The position numbers and the translations under genes were made by a program. From the NCBI RefSeq assembly GCF_036365525.1, contig NW_027140453.1:1240001-1304000 (forward strand): a DNA stretch of 64,000 nt, in the 5' to 3' direction. This DNA is from Heterodontus francisci. Lineage: Eukaryota. The notes under the pieces are model-generated. The model was given only the letters and a program-made list of their open reading frames with translations. It was not told the DNA's origin and made no database searches. Of this stretch, positions 36,553 through 49,234 are shown in pieces (position 1 is the stretch's first letter; the number at the start of each line of letters is the position of its first letter).

Positions 36553-38303
36553 GTAAGTGAGATAGAATCGAATTAGCTCTTTAAAGGAAAGTGGAATCAG
36601 AGGGATGTCTAGTTGAAATTTAAAATTATTCAAACCTAGTTGCGGAACTGAGAACCTTATATATAAACATACACCTTGTATTCGTGTTCAGACTTCATGC
36701 ATTACTTCCGAGCCCCATATGGAATATTTCCTGAAACAAACTAGAGACGTATTGTGCATGTGGAAATCGACATGTGATAAGTACCTTGGATATCAGAGGT
36801 TGAATGGCCTAATCCAGTCCCTAATGTAGCTAAATCGGCGTAATGCGAGTTGATGATAGGAGTGAGGTACAGGGACAAATACGTGACAATCAAGAAATTT
36901 AGAATAAAGAGTTGAGGAAGCTGGAAAGTACCTTCGTTAAAGAAGGATTGACGAGGAGTTGAGCAAGGGAGTTAAGCTGAACCTCGATGAATCGCTGGTT
37001 AGGTCCCAGCTGGAGAATTGTGGGTGTCACATGTTAGGATGGATGTCAAGGCCTTAGAGTGGTTGCACGAATGATTTATTCGACTGGTTCCAGCGATGAG
37101 GGTCTTCAGTTGCGTCTAGAGACTAGAGCAGAGAAAGTTTAGGGGGGATTTGACAGAGGTGTCCAAAGCAATGAAGGCTTTGGACACAGTACATGCTCAG
37201 AAACAATTTCCAATGCTCGAAGCGTTGGTAAACAAAGGGCACAGAGTTAAGGTAATTGACAAAATAAACAGGGGTGATATGAAGAATAAAACAATTATGC
37301 GGTGTGTTGTTATCTGGAATGCGCTGCCTGAAAGGGTGGTGCAAACAGACTCAATAGTAACTTTCAAAAGGGGGACTGGACAATTACTTGAAGGGGAAAT
37401 TATTTCTACTGGTGGATGGGTCAATAAACAAAGGTCAGATATTTAAAATCATTGACAAAAGATCTACAAGGACAATTACTAGATTCCTTTTCACTCAGAG
37501 TTGTCAGAATTTGGGACACTCTAACTGAAGCAGAATGCTGACTCTATGTTTAAATAGAAGTTACAGGAACATAGGATCATCGGTACACAGGAGCAGGAGT
37601 AGTCCATTCGGCCCCTCGAGTCTGTTCTGCCAATCAATGCGATCATGACTGATCAGTGACCTAACTCCATCTACCCCCATTGCCCCATAATCCCTTAATA
37701 GCTATGGTTAACAAAAATCTATCAATTTGAGATTTAAAATTGACAATTGTTCCAGCAGAAGAGAGTTCCAAACTTCTACCATCCTTTATGTGAAAAGATG
37801 TTTTCTAATTTCATGCCTGAAAAGTTCTGGCTCTAATTCTTAAACTCTGTCCCGGAGATCTAGACTGCACAACCAATGGAGATCGTTTCTCTCCATCTAC
37901 ATCATGCATTCCCCTTAATATCTTGAAAACTTTGCTCAAACCACCCTTTAACCTTCTCTTTTCCAAAGAATAGGAAATGTCGAATCTTTCCTTGCAATTT
38001 AACCCTTGGCGTCCAGGTATCAGTCTGTTTAATCTACATTACACTTCCCCCAAGACCAGCATATCCTTCCTAATGTCTGGTGCCCATAAATGCTCAGAGG
38101 AACTCCAGATGTGGTGTAACCAGGGCTTTGTATAGCTGAAACAAGACTTCTACCTCATTCTACCTATTAACTATTTTGCTTTACTCGTAACTGCTTTCTG
38201 AAATAGCCACGCAGTTGTCAAGGGCAACTAGGGATGGGTAACAAATGCTGGCCTTGTCATCGACGCCCACATCCCATGAAGGAGTTTTTTAAAAGCGCCT
38301 CAA

Positions 38304-38515
38304 CCTCCTCCAGCACCCTACAACCCTCCCTATCCCTGTAACCTCCTCCAGTCCCTTACAACCCTCTCTATGTCTGTAACCACCTCCAGTCCCGACAACC
38401 CTCCCTATGTCTATAACCTCCTCCATGCCCCTACATCCCTCCCTATCTCTGTAACCTCCTCCAGCCCCGACAACCCTTCCTATCTCTGTAACCTCCTCCA
38501 GCCTCTACAACTCTC
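38304..38515. repeat. ~38-bp C-rich minisatellite, about 6 copies
   Basis: CCTCCTCCAGCCCCTACAACCCTCCCTATCTCTGTAA-like units; a related array lies at ~48870-49010. Confidence 0.75.
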
Positions 38516-38810
38516 CGAGATCTTTGTGATCCTGAAATTCTGGACTGTCCGATTTCCATCAATCCACCATTGAGAGCTGTGCACTTAACCACTCAGCTCT
38601 GCACCTTTCTTTCCATCCACCTTGACGATACGAAGATACATGATCTTTTTGCATGTCGGATCCTACTCGAAGGGCTGAACGGTCAATTTATGCTCTCGTG
38701 CTGCTGTCAGCCAATATTCCTGTACTTGTCGGTTCTCCATTGTTGTGAAAGGCTCTCTTGGGATAGAACCACAGAGAGTTGAGAGGTTTTATTCAGGGAT
38801 CTAGGTTTTG

Positions 38811-38843
38811 CTCTGCTGAATCGGAACTGGATCTAAGTTTTAG
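38811..38843 (+). pseudogene. TRBJ: Internally deleted pseudo-J (paralogue of 35037 and 44767)
   Basis: CTCTGCTGAA.TCGGAACTGGATCTAAG.TTTTAG|GTAAT; heptamer destroyed; flanks align to 44730-44830. Confidence 0.65.
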
Positions 38844-39002
38844 GTAATATCCCATCTACATAAATGTGCAAATATCCATTGTTCGATCGATCCACAATGT
38901 ATCTGTGCATCCATCTTTGTGTTTAGATATAGATACATTACTTGTTTGAGACTGTACCTGTCTACCCAACGCTGTGTTTTGGTACTGTTGTTTAGTATAG
39001 TG

Positions 39003-39059
39003 TAGGCGGGAACATCCAGACTCTACATTTTGGGGAAGGCTGGACTCTAACAGTTTTGG
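39003..39059 (+). CDS. TRBJ: J segment GGNIQTLHFGEGWTLTVL (cluster 1, internal duplicate)
   Basis: TGTTTTGGT-12-TATAGTG; FGEG; donor GTGAGT. Confidence 0.8.
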
Positions 39060-39580
39060 GTGAGTTACATGTTTATTCGATTAAGCCAGGATGGCTGGTT
39101 TCATATTGCCTGTGTCATGCAGATGTTCTGTCCATGGCTCTGTGCTCCTTTTCTCCAGCAGGAGAGATGAGAATGACAAGGGAAAAAGGTAGGTAAGGCG
39201 GTTTCCCGTTACTTTCGTCAGAACAAGACGATAACTGAACCCCTGCTGTTGACCTTGCTCTGAATCACACGTGAACCATCTAGCTAACTGAACTAATAGG
39301 TCCCCATCCTACATGCACAACTTACTTAATAATTATGACGAACTCCAAGTAAAATTTTCCAATATTGTCAGAGCTGTTTCTGTGGACATCTGACGAACTG
39401 GTCCATACATTGATGCAGAGCCAGTATTGGGAATGTTGCTAGTTTTAATTGCCAAACACCCTGGTTAGTTTATGAGTTTACTTTGGCCTATGTCACTCAA
39501 AGGCCCATATCAAATATTAATGATCGGGACAATGCAAATAAGCAGGACACTGTTGAGTAATGTTGTGACATGGTGATGTG

Positions 39581-39638
39581 GGAGCAGGAAGTAACCATCC
39601 ATCATATTTTGGAGATGCCACGAAGTTAACGGTCCTGG
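39581..39638 (+). pseudogene. TRBJ: Non-canonical J GAGSNHPSYFGDATKLTVL
   Basis: Heptamer TGATGTG, nonamer lost, FGDA; donor GTGAGT. Confidence 0.75.
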
Positions 39639-39651
39639 GTGAGTAGAATAT

Positions 39652-39994
39652 TAGATTAGAGATACAGCACTGAAACAGGCCCTTCGGCCCACCGAGTCTG
39701 TGCCGAACATCAACCACCCATTTATACTAATCCTACACTAACCCATATTCCTACCAAACATCCCCACCTGTCCCTATATTTCCCTACCACCTACCTATAC
39801 TAGTGACAATTTATAATGGCCAATTTACCTATCAACCTGCAAGTCTTTTGGCTTGTGGGAGGAAACCGGAGCACCCGGAGAAAACCCACGCAGACACAGG
39901 GAGAACTTGCAAACTCCACACAGGCAGTACCCGGAATCGAACCCGGGTCCCTGGAGCTGTGAGGCTGCGGTGCTAACCACTGCGCCACTGTGTC
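39652..39994 (-). mobile_element. Full-length tRNA-derived SINE (HE1/V-SINE type)
   Basis: Minus-strand A box TGGCGCAGTGG and B box GGTTCGATTCC, V-SINE-like core, LINE-derived tail. Absent from the paralogous site at ~45650. Confidence 0.88.
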
Positions 39995-40847
39995 GAAATA
40001 TATCAGTGGCCTCAATCAGCACTGAAACTGTTGGGCAGTTTGCTCCCTTCCGTTTGAAGAAAGGGGAGAGAACATGAAATTTGGAAAAATAAACAGTAAG
40101 CATTACAGTAAAGAAGCAAAGGTTAAAACAATTAAACATAGAGGAAAGGCGAGGTGGAGAGTGGAAGAAGGCTAGGGAGGCAACCATATGCAGAGAGGCA
40201 CAGATTGGGAGCAAAATACAGACAAAAATGAACAGGAAAAGTCATTGTTAATTCGTGCTGGGATGCATTTATTGCCCACCCATAATTGCCTTCTGAGTGG
40301 TTTGTTAGGCCATGTTTTTATTCTTGTCATGGGATGTGGGCATCGATGGCAAGGCCAACATTTGTTGCCCATCCCTAATTGCCCTTGAACTGAGTGCTTT
40401 GCAATTTCAGAGGGCAGTTAACAGTCAACTGCATGCTGCAGGTTTGCAGTCCCATAGAAGATGGTAGATGGGTTTTTATGACAATCGACGACAGTTTCAT
40501 GGCACCCTGACAGATTTTTATGAATCAGCTGAATTTAAATCCCATCTGCGGCCATTTGAATTCACACAACCAGAACACTAGCCCGGGCTGCAGGATTACT
40601 AGCCCAGCAACATTATCATTTTGCTGGCGTCACGCCTGCATTCAATGTGTTTTAGGTATTTCCACAGTGTTGTTAAGGAAGGAGTTCCTTTTTTGACCCA
40701 TTTTCTCAGAGGGCGGATTATTCATTTTCAAACATTGCTCGAATCCCCCCAGAAATGTGTCATCAAGCCAGTGGTGATACTGAACACGAGCCTCCTCTCC
40801 CCACCCCCACCCTACTCCATCTAAACTTCTATTCCTTTCTCCCTGAT

Positions 40848-41150
40848 GTCAGGTGCATGGCGATGGGGGTTGGTGTGCAATGAGATCTGCAGGAATGATA
40901 ACAGCACCGCACACATCAACACGACACCTGGGAAACTTGCACTAGTTTGGCAAACATGGGTCTCTCTGAGTGATAAGATAAGAGATAGCAGTGTGAACGA
41001 TTTACTGTCTAGAGTAAGTGGCTTCTGTTTGAGGTCCCGTGGCCGGTATGTCCTGAGGTCCTGCACGTTGTACAAGAGAGAATGCGGATCATGAAGCGGG
41101 TAAGGGATGGGGGAGGGGGAAGGGGAGAAGGGGTGCAACAGAGAGATGGA
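40848..41150 (+). promoter_or_regulatory. Conserved block upstream of D2 (candidate D-beta promoter, copy 2)
   Basis: Paralogue of 18430-18750; CAGGTG, CACCTG, TGATAA and the GATA cluster TGATAAGATAAGAGATAG. Confidence 0.45.
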
Positions 41151-41465
41151 ATGGAGAGAGAGAAAGCAAGAGAGAAAGCAAGCAAGAAAAAAACCATGAA
41201 AGGAAGGAAGGGAGGAAGGACAGAAGGACGGAAGGGAAGGAAGGAAGGAAGGAAGTAGAGGAAAGGAAGGAGGCTTGAGTGGATGAATGGGCCTGTTACT
41301 GTGTAAGCAGCTCAAGAGGGGCTGAATGGGCCTCCTCTTCTTCCTGTGTAACAAGGTCTAGAGGGGCTGAATGGCCTCTTGCTGCACCTGTGTAGCAGGC
41401 TGAGAAGGGGCGGAATGGCCACCTCCAGTTCCTGCTAACAGTTTTGAGACGGAATGAACGGCCTT
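41150..41465. repeat. Purine-rich (GAAA/GGAA) microsatellite followed by about 4 degenerate 44-bp units
   Basis: GAGGGGCTGAATGGGCCTCCTCTTCTTCCTGTGTAAC-type units of the same family as the 13-kb array. Confidence 0.85.
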
Positions 41466-41576
41466 TAATTATGGTCCAAAGGACTAAAAAACTTTCAGCA
41501 GCTCAATCTAAACTGACTTCACCAAGTGAAGCCCTCGGGAGTCTTTGAAGAAGCAGGGCCTTGCAAAATTCGCGTT

Positions 41577-41656
41577 CTTTTTTGTATGAGTGTCTATCAC
41601 CGTGGGGACAGGGGGGACACTGTGATAGAATCCAATGCAGCCTCCGTACAAAAACC
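41577..41656 (+). other. TRBD: TRBD2 (41605-41617, GGGACAGGGGGGA) with 5' 12-RSS and 3' 23-RSS
   Basis: CTTTTTTGT-12-CACCGTG | D | CACTGTG-23-ACAAAAACC; canonical vertebrate D-beta core. Confidence 0.97.
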
Positions 41657-42138
41657 TCGCTCTACACACCTCGAGGAAGATCAGCAGAAGAGCAGTGGCA
41701 ACAGAGTAAACGAATAAACATCTCCTCTGGATTATGGCGGGAGCTGGGCCCTTTCAATCTTGTAGATGCCTCAGAATGGTCCAGCTTTATAACCTAGAGC
41801 ATTCCTCTGGAAAAGAGAATAACTGTGTTATTTGTGTGAAAACTGGTTACTCTTTTACCCCTGAAACACCACCCCGGTGTCTTGGGACCAATATTGATCC
41901 CTCAACCAACATCACAATGATCTGCTCATTAATTTCACTGCTGTTTGATGGGACTTCCTTGGTCCAATATCAGTTGCTCTGTCTCCCTGTGGTGACCACT
42001 TCCTAAACAAACTGCTTCATTGGCTGTAAGCTGCTTTGTGTGTCCTGATTGTCTTGACCAGTGCTTCCTAAATGCTGAGCAGGTCACTTTTAGCAAACTG
42101 TTTTCGACCGGGTTCGTGTAACATGATTTGCTGATGTG

Positions 42139-42189
42139 CGACAACAGCACCACTCAATTTCGGGACCGGCACCAAACTGACGGTGTTAG
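42139..42189 (+). CDS. TRBJ: J segment TTAPLNFGTGTKLTVL (cluster 2)
   Basis: GGTTCGTGT-12-TGATGTG; donor GTAAGA. Confidence 0.9.
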
Positions 42190-42548
42190 GTAAGATAAAG
42201 GGGTCTTTTGTTCTCTCTACCTTCATGTCTAGCTGTGTGCATTCCAAGCTTACTGCCCCCCCCCCTCCTCCCCGGACAGTTTAACGAGTTAGGCAGCCGG
42301 TTAGATCTGTCTCATGACCGCCGAGAATTGCGCCTAATTTCCCTCCTGCCACAAGCATCCGTTTGTCACTTTGGCGCGGTGTTTCTCTCCCCGGGACGAC
42401 ACTGGCCCTTCCTTCTGGTTCGCAAAGACCAGTCCAACGGGACACCCGCTTGGTGATGTGTTCCACGGTAAACCGCCCGGCACAGACCCGTTCAGCTGCA
42501 AGGGTAACAGTTCCCGGGCCAGTTCATGACTGGGTTTAGGCCACTGTG

Positions 42549-42596
42549 CAGGAAACATAGCTTACTTCGGCGACGGGACCAAGTTAACAGTTTTCG
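42549..42596 (+). CDS. TRBJ: J segment GNIAYFGDGTKLTVF
   Basis: AGTTCATGA-12-CACTGTG; donor GTAAGG. Confidence 0.9.
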
Positions 42597-43175
42597 GTAA
42601 GGGACTCTGTTCTTCCTATCAGATCAACATCTAGGTTTATATGCGGGGAGTAAGTTCAGATATTAGATGCAGAAAGGGGTTAAATCATGAGGACTTGGTT
42701 ACTCAGACTAAGCTGACAGTCCCTTGAATCGAGATCATTAAAGGGCTGATATAATCGAGGTGCTTGAGGTGTTGGATCGATAGAGAGAAACTGCTTCTTC
42801 AGGTTGGGGGGAGTCCAGAACAATTTAAATTCGAGCCGTTCAGGGGTGATATCAGGAACTCTCCCCGCACCCCCCACAACAAAATAATATGCTGTTGAGG
42901 CTGGGCGTCGATTGATAAGTTCAAATTCAAGATTGTTAGATTTTTGTTAAACAGAAGTATTGACAGTTACAGAACCAAGGTGGGATGATGGAGTTAAGAT
43001 TCAGAACAACCCTGATCTAACTGCATGGTGGAAGAGGCTCGAAGGGCTGAACAGCCACCTCCTGTCCCCCTGTTCCAACACCCTTTACGGGCCATTGAAA
43101 CAGTCAGAACTTCAATGGAATAGACTTAACAATCTAGACTAGAGGGGGATTTTGCGACAGCCCCATACCATTGTG

Positions 43176-43225
43176 TAATGCTAGAGAAGCATATTTCGGA
43201 GATGGGACCAAACTGGTGGTTTTAG
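43176..43225 (+). CDS. TRBJ: J segment NAREAYFGDGTKLVVL
   Basis: GGATTTTGC-13-CATTGTG; donor GTGAGT. Confidence 0.92.
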
Positions 43226-44766
43226 GTGAGTGAATGCATTCCTAATGCTGGAAAAGTTAATTCAATTTGGGAATTCACGTGGGGTGGTCCAGGGAGTGAA
43301 AATATGGGAATTTGGTGAATTGATTTCGACTCTTGAGCTGCCAAAGGGAGACCTACAACTGCTGAATTCACGTCACTGGATGGAAAGGGGTTTGAGTGGG
43401 GACATAAGGTAGGGTCTCTAAAATAAACAGTGTAAACAGCAATTGCAGCTGCAAATGAGAACAGAACAAGAGGACACAGGCACAGAACGAAAACTGTCAG
43501 ATTCAATTCTTCAGTATGCCGTTATGGACTGCATATGATTAAAAAAGCAGAGGCTCTGGATAGAGCAAAACAAAACATATTTACAAGTGAGCTCCCAAAA
43601 CTGAGAGGATATAACCACAGGAAAGAATGAAGAGGCTGGTGCTGTTTTCTCTAGAAAAGAGAAGGCTGAAGGGAATAACCTGATCGAGGTATTTAAAATT
43701 ATGACAGAGGCAAGATGATTCTACTTGTTGGGGAGACCAGAACCAGGGGACCATCAATATAAGACAGTTACTAATAAATCCAATATGGAATTCAGGAGAA
43801 GCCTTTTCAACCAGAGAGTGGCGAGAATGTGGACCTCGCTACCACAGGGAGTGGGCTGAGGCGAATAGCAGAGATGTATTTAAGAGGGAAGCTGGATAAA
43901 CATATGGGGGAGAAAGGAATAAAAGGACCTATTGATGGGGTGAGATGAAGAGGGTGTGAGAAGGATAATGTGTAGCATTTAATCGGCTAGGATGTAGTGG
44001 GCTGAATGGCCTGGTTCGGTGCTGAAGTGTCGATATGATTTGATGTATTCCCCATTAACCTGAAGCGTTTAAATGGATGAGAAATATCAAAAGGGATTTT
44101 TTAAATTTGTGAATGGAGACTGGGTGTAGAATGCACATTGAACGGCCTGGGAAACGTGAGCTGAAAGTCCAGGGCAGATTGCGAATGATCTTTCCTCATT
44201 TACCAGAATCATGCCGGAATTAAATTGTGGGGGCAGGTTGCTTAGAGATGTTGAGCATTGGAGATTAAGGATTGATCCAACTGATGTGTTTAAGATAATG
44301 AGAGGATTCGATATTGCAGATAGAGCTGCAATTTACGCGGGTGTCAGAGCCCAGAACAAGGGTGAGGGTGGAGGGGAGCATTAGCTTAACATTAAAGCTT
44401 GGCCGTTCAGGGGTGATGCCAGAAAGGACATAACTGAACAAACGGTGGTGGAAATCTGGGCCTCTCTCCCCTATGAAACTGCTGAGGCCACAGGGTCAAT
44501 TGTCACTTCCCAATCTGAGAATGATAGAGCCTTGTTAGGAAAAGGGTTTGGAACACAAACAGGCTGATGGGGTTACAATACAGATGAGTCATGACCTCAC
44601 TGAATGTCGGAACAAGCTCGATGGGCTGAATGGCCTACTCCAGCGACAGCATTTCTATGTTCCTTTGTGCCAATACTCCGGGAGGTTCTTTCTAGTTGTG
44701 AAAGGCTCCTTCAGGACATGAATCAGAGAGAGGTGAGAGGTTTTGATGCAGGGATTTAGCTCTGTG

Positions 44767-44816
44767 CTCTTCTGATATTTACTACTTCGGAGCTGGTACC
44801 AAGTTAACTGTTTTAG
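44767..44816 (+). CDS. TRBJ: J segment SSDIYYFGAGTKLTVL
   Basis: GGTTTTGAT-12-CTCTGTG; donor GTACGT. Confidence 0.92.
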
Positions 44817-44973
44817 GTACGTTACCGTCTATATAAACATCTATTGTTCCATCATCCATAATGTATCGGTCTGTGTATCCATCTTTATGTTTATCTATCG
44901 ACGTAGCTACTTTTCTGTCGGTGTATATGTCTATCCAAAGGTGTGTTCTTTGGTACTGTTGTTTAGTATAGTG

Positions 44974-45030
44974 CAGGCGGGAGCTACCAGCCTTTACATT
45001 TTGGAGAACGTTCGGCTCTAACAGTATTGG
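44974..45030 (+). pseudogene. TRBJ: Non-canonical J (open) GGSYQPLHFGERSALTVL
   Basis: Heptamer TATAGTG; FGER; donor GTGAGT. Confidence 0.75.
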
Positions 45031-45580
45031 GTGAGTTAGACTTTCATTCAATGAAGCTAGGGATGCTGGGTTCATCTTGTCTGTGCAGGCTGGTGGTCAT
45101 CTGATGGACTGGCTCTCTGCTCCTTTTCAGCAGCAGGAGAGAGGAGCATGAATGTGGAGCAGTGTCTATGAGGAGGCTTCCCCTTGCCTTCCCCAGACAC
45201 GGTGAGAAATGAATCCGTTCTGTAAGCATTTTTCTAACTGGCACGTTCGGCACCTGAGCTATCTGGTCCCCAACTTGTGTGTAGAAGTTAATTAATAACT
45301 ATGAACAACTCCATGTAAAATCTTCCAGTATTATAAGCACTGTATCTGTGGACATCTAACATATTCACAGATGGATGGATAGACGGTACTGTGAATGTTG
45401 CGAGCTTTAATGGTCAAGCCCCCTCTCCCCCACTTCCCCACCCGGTTATTTTATGCGTGTACTTTGTTGTTTGGTCAGCTCATGTTAGTCAAAGGGCAAT
45501 ATCAAATATTAATGAGATGGACACTGAAAACTGGCAGGGCGCTATTGAGGAATGTTTTCGTGTTGTCACATGATGATGTG

Positions 45581-45638
45581 GGTGCAGGAAATACCCAGCT
45601 ATCATATTTTGGAGACGGCACTAAGTTAACAGTCCTGG
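45581..45638 (+). CDS. TRBJ: J segment GAGNTQLSYFGDGTKLTVL
   Basis: TGTTTTCGT-12-TGATGTG; donor GTGAGT. Confidence 0.92.
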
Positions 45639-46071
45639 GTGAGTGAGATATTTGTTGAAACATATCAGTGGTCTCAGTAAGTATTAAAACTGTCGGCCGG
45701 TTTGCTCCCGTCAGTTTGAAGAAAGGGGAGAGAACGTAAACTTTAGAAAAAAACAAAGAGTAACGAAGCAACAGTTAAAACAACTAAACATAGGGGAATG
45801 GCGAGGTGGAAATGGAGGAAGGTTAGGGAGGCAAACCTTATCTACAGAGAGACAGATTGGGAGCAAAATGCAGGGAAAAGGGGACGGAAAATTAGAGAGA
45901 CAAAGATGGGAGAGGTCGAGACAAAGACAAAAGAAATAACAAAAAGAGGTAAAGAGGGAAAGGGCGGGGTAACAAATGCAACCCAATACAAAACGATGCA
46001 ACTGCGCTTAATTAACCGGCGTGTAGAGAGTTAAAGATTCCCCAGCTTTGTTGCAACTGTGTAACATTGTG

Positions 46072-46123
46072 TCAGGAAACAATGACTATACATTTGGCGA
46101 TGGCACAAACCTCGTGGTTTTAG
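46072..46123 (+). CDS. TRBJ: J segment SGNNDYTFGDGTNLVVL
   Basis: AGCTTTGTT-12-CATTGTG; donor GTAACT. Confidence 0.9.
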
Positions 46124-47168
46124 GTAACTGATTAACGTGGCGTCAGTGAGAATCATTCCGCACGGTCTGATATGGTATAGTCTGATTGAAATTTACAAGA
46201 TTAATATATGAAGATAACGCTAATCATATTGCCTATTCAGGTGACATCCGTTTCTTAACAATGACCGATTGTGTGTTGAAATCAACAAGTGATAGCTGTC
46301 TGGGAAATCAGACTCTGAATGGCCTACCCCTGTCCCGAATGTTACTCTATCGGTTTAATGCGAGGAGTGAGATAGAGAGAGAGCTTGGTTAAAAAAAGGG
46401 TCAAGATGTTTGAAGTGACCAGTTGATGATGCTGGAACGCACCATCATTGGTTAAGAATTCACGAGGTGTTGAGTGAGGAAGTGAGGATTAACATTTACA
46501 AATCACTGGTAAGGTCCCAGCTGGAGTATTGTGTTCAGTCCTGGGTACCACACTTTATGACGGTTGTCGAGGCCTTAGATTGGGAGCAGAAATTATTCAC
46601 CAGAATTGTACCAGAGATGAGGGACCTCAGATAGTTGGAGAGACTGGAGAACAGAAAAGGTTAAATGGAGATTGAATAGAGGTGTTCAAATTAGTGAAGG
46701 TTTTGGATAGAATTAATAATCAGAAACAGTCTCCATTGGTAGATGGGTCGGTAACCAGAGGACACAGGTTTTGAGGCAATTGACATAAAGGACCAGTGGC
46801 GGGATGAAGAGACATTCTCCCACAGAGGTAGTTACTGGATCGGGAAGGCATATCTGAACTGGTGGTGGAAGTTGGTTCAGTAGAAACTTTCAAAATGGAA
46901 ATTGATAGATACTCGAAGGGAAATATACAGGACGATGGTAAAACCTTTCATAAAGCCAGCAGAGGTCCTATGGGCCGAATGGTCTCCCCTTCAGTGATGT
47001 ATATTTCTGATTCTATGACCTTGCTCGTGAGCCACAAATGTAAATTAGGAGATATATAAATTAAGGAGATGTGATCTGCAAACGCTTTCGAGGACAGGGT
47101 CCAAGTGTGATATAGACAAGACCTGCACCTCGCCTTGTGAGGTTTTGTTACAAGGGTCTCTCACTGTG

Positions 47169-47218
47169 TTCTGGCTATCAATATTACTTCGGAAGCGGTA
47201 CCAAGTTAGTTGTGACAG
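47169..47218 (+). CDS. TRBJ: J segment SGYQYYFGSGTKLVVT
   Basis: GGTTTTGTT-12-CACTGTG; donor GTGAGT. Confidence 0.95.
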
Positions 47219-47520
47219 GTGAGTCCAGGAATGTTAGGCCAATTCTGAGAATGCATGTTGTCTGAAATGGTCGGAAAGATGTTTAAGGCTCCGGGTTCAT
47301 TGGTGAAAGACATTTTTCCAATGCATTTAAGATATAAACAGAGACAGAGAGAGAGAGAAGGAGAAAGACTGATTCTTGAACTGGATATGTGTTTAAAGAA
47401 GGGAAAATTTCTCCCATTTAGCTTACTATGGACAAACAAACAAGAGCTGTATTATTCACTCAAATATTCGGCAACTTTTCAGGAACCAGTCTAGTTTAGT
47501 AACAGGGCTGAAACACTGTG

Positions 47521-47573
47521 TTCTGGAAGCTCCGACTATTTCTTTGGTGACGGGACAAAACTGACTGTGTTGG
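47521..47573 (+). CDS. TRBJ: J segment SGSSDYFFGDGTKLTVL
   Basis: AGTTTAGTA-12-CACTGTG; donor GTGAGT. Confidence 0.93.
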
Positions 47574-48628
47574 GTGAGTTGGACGTTCTTTGAAAAACAA
47601 TGATTGCAGCTCACGCTGTTTCTGAGTTTCAGTTTGCAACTGAAATGTTGCATTGACAAATAACAAAAAAATTTCAGGCAGCATTTCCAATGTGCATAAA
47701 AGCCAGAATACATGGAAAATACTAAGATGCACAGGGAAAGACATTTTTTTAATTCGTTCGTGGCATGTGGACCAGAAGTTATTGCCCATCCCTAATTGCC
47801 CTCTGAGTGGTTTGCTAGCTCATTTTTTTTCATCAGATATGGGCGTCGCTGGCAAGGCCAAGATTTGTTGGCCAACCCTAATTGCTCTTGGACTGGGTGG
47901 TTTGCTGAATCAGAAGGCAGTTGCGAGTCAACTGAAGTCTGAAGTCACTTCTCTGACAACAGCGCGATTTTCTGACAATTGACGATAGTTTCCTGCAGTT
48001 AAACCAGACTTTCATTTATCAGTTGAAGTTTAATTCCTCCAGCTACCCTCGGGATTTGAACCAGAACATTACTAGCACAGTAACATTATCACTTTGCAAC
48101 CATCGCCCCTGCACTCAATGGGGTGTAGGTCTTTCCGCAGTCCTGTCAGGGAGGGAGTTGCAGATTTGTGAACCGTTTTCTCAGAGGGCGGATTATTTGT
48201 TTCCAAAAAATGCTGTCATCGTTCTTCCCCCAGAATGAGTGAAATAAAACATCATAATTACATTTAATTATATAGAATTTACAGTGTGTAAGCAAGCCAG
48301 TGGTGAAACTGCACACGAGCCTCCTCTCACCCTTACTTCATCTAATCTTCTATTCCTTTCTCTCCCATGTCTTTTTCCAATTTACTCCTTGAAAGCATCT
48401 CCAAAATCCATCTCAACCCATTCCTTGTGGTAGTGCATTCCACATTATTACCACTATCTGAGTAACGAACTTCCCTTTCTATTCCTCACAATGAATTTCT
48501 AATTAACATTATAATGCCCTTGACATAAAGAGTCAAATCTCCAGTGCATTCTGTGTGAAGTTTTGCATCAGTGCACCAGCTTCATTGCTCTTCGACCTGT
48601 AGTTATACTATTGTCATGTAACATTGTG

Positions 48629-48681
48629 TACAGGAAATACTCTGTATTACTTCGGTGACGGGACAAAATTGATTGTTTTAG
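48629..48681 (+). CDS. TRBJ: J segment TGNTLYYFGDGTKLIVL
   Basis: AGTTATACT-12-CATTGTG; donor GTGAGT. Confidence 0.92.
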
Positions 48682-49181
48682 GTGAGTACAGAACTGAAGC
48701 TTTTGTTGTTTTCGTTAATGAGGATCCTTGAGATTCTCAGACGAAATTAGATGCTCTAAAATACATCATGTTCTCGGTCACAGAATCACCTCGACGATTT
48801 ATATTGGCAGCTGGACCTGCAATATCTTGGTTTAAATATCTTTCACATTTGTTTTCAACTCAACCCAAGGCCTCCCTGTCCCTGTAACGTCCTCCGGCCC
48901 CTACAAACCTCCCTATCCCTGTAACCGCCTCCAGCCTCTATAACTCTCCTTATCCCTGTAACATCCTCCAATCCAGACAAATCTCGCTGTCTCTGCAACC
49001 TCCACCAGGCCCTATAACTTACCTTTTGTTCTCCTGTGCAATATCTAGGGTGCATTGCCGCTGTCTTTACATCACACATTAATAGTATGTAAATCTACAA
49101 ATTGAATACATCATTTTGAAGACGTTGCATTTTAGCATTTCTAACTAGATGGGAGTTTTAACACTGACAGGCATCACTGTG

Positions 49182-49234
49182 CTCAAATAACTACGATTAT
49201 ACTTTTGGCGATGGGACCAAGTTAGTAGTTTTCG
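49182..49234 (+). CDS. TRBJ: J segment SNNYDYTFGDGTKLVVF
   Basis: AGTTTTAAC-12-CACTGTG; donor GTAGGT. Confidence 0.93.

Noticed and set aside
39920-39994. tRNA gene
   Set aside because: The A and B boxes belong to the tRNA-derived head of a SINE, followed by SINE core and tail.
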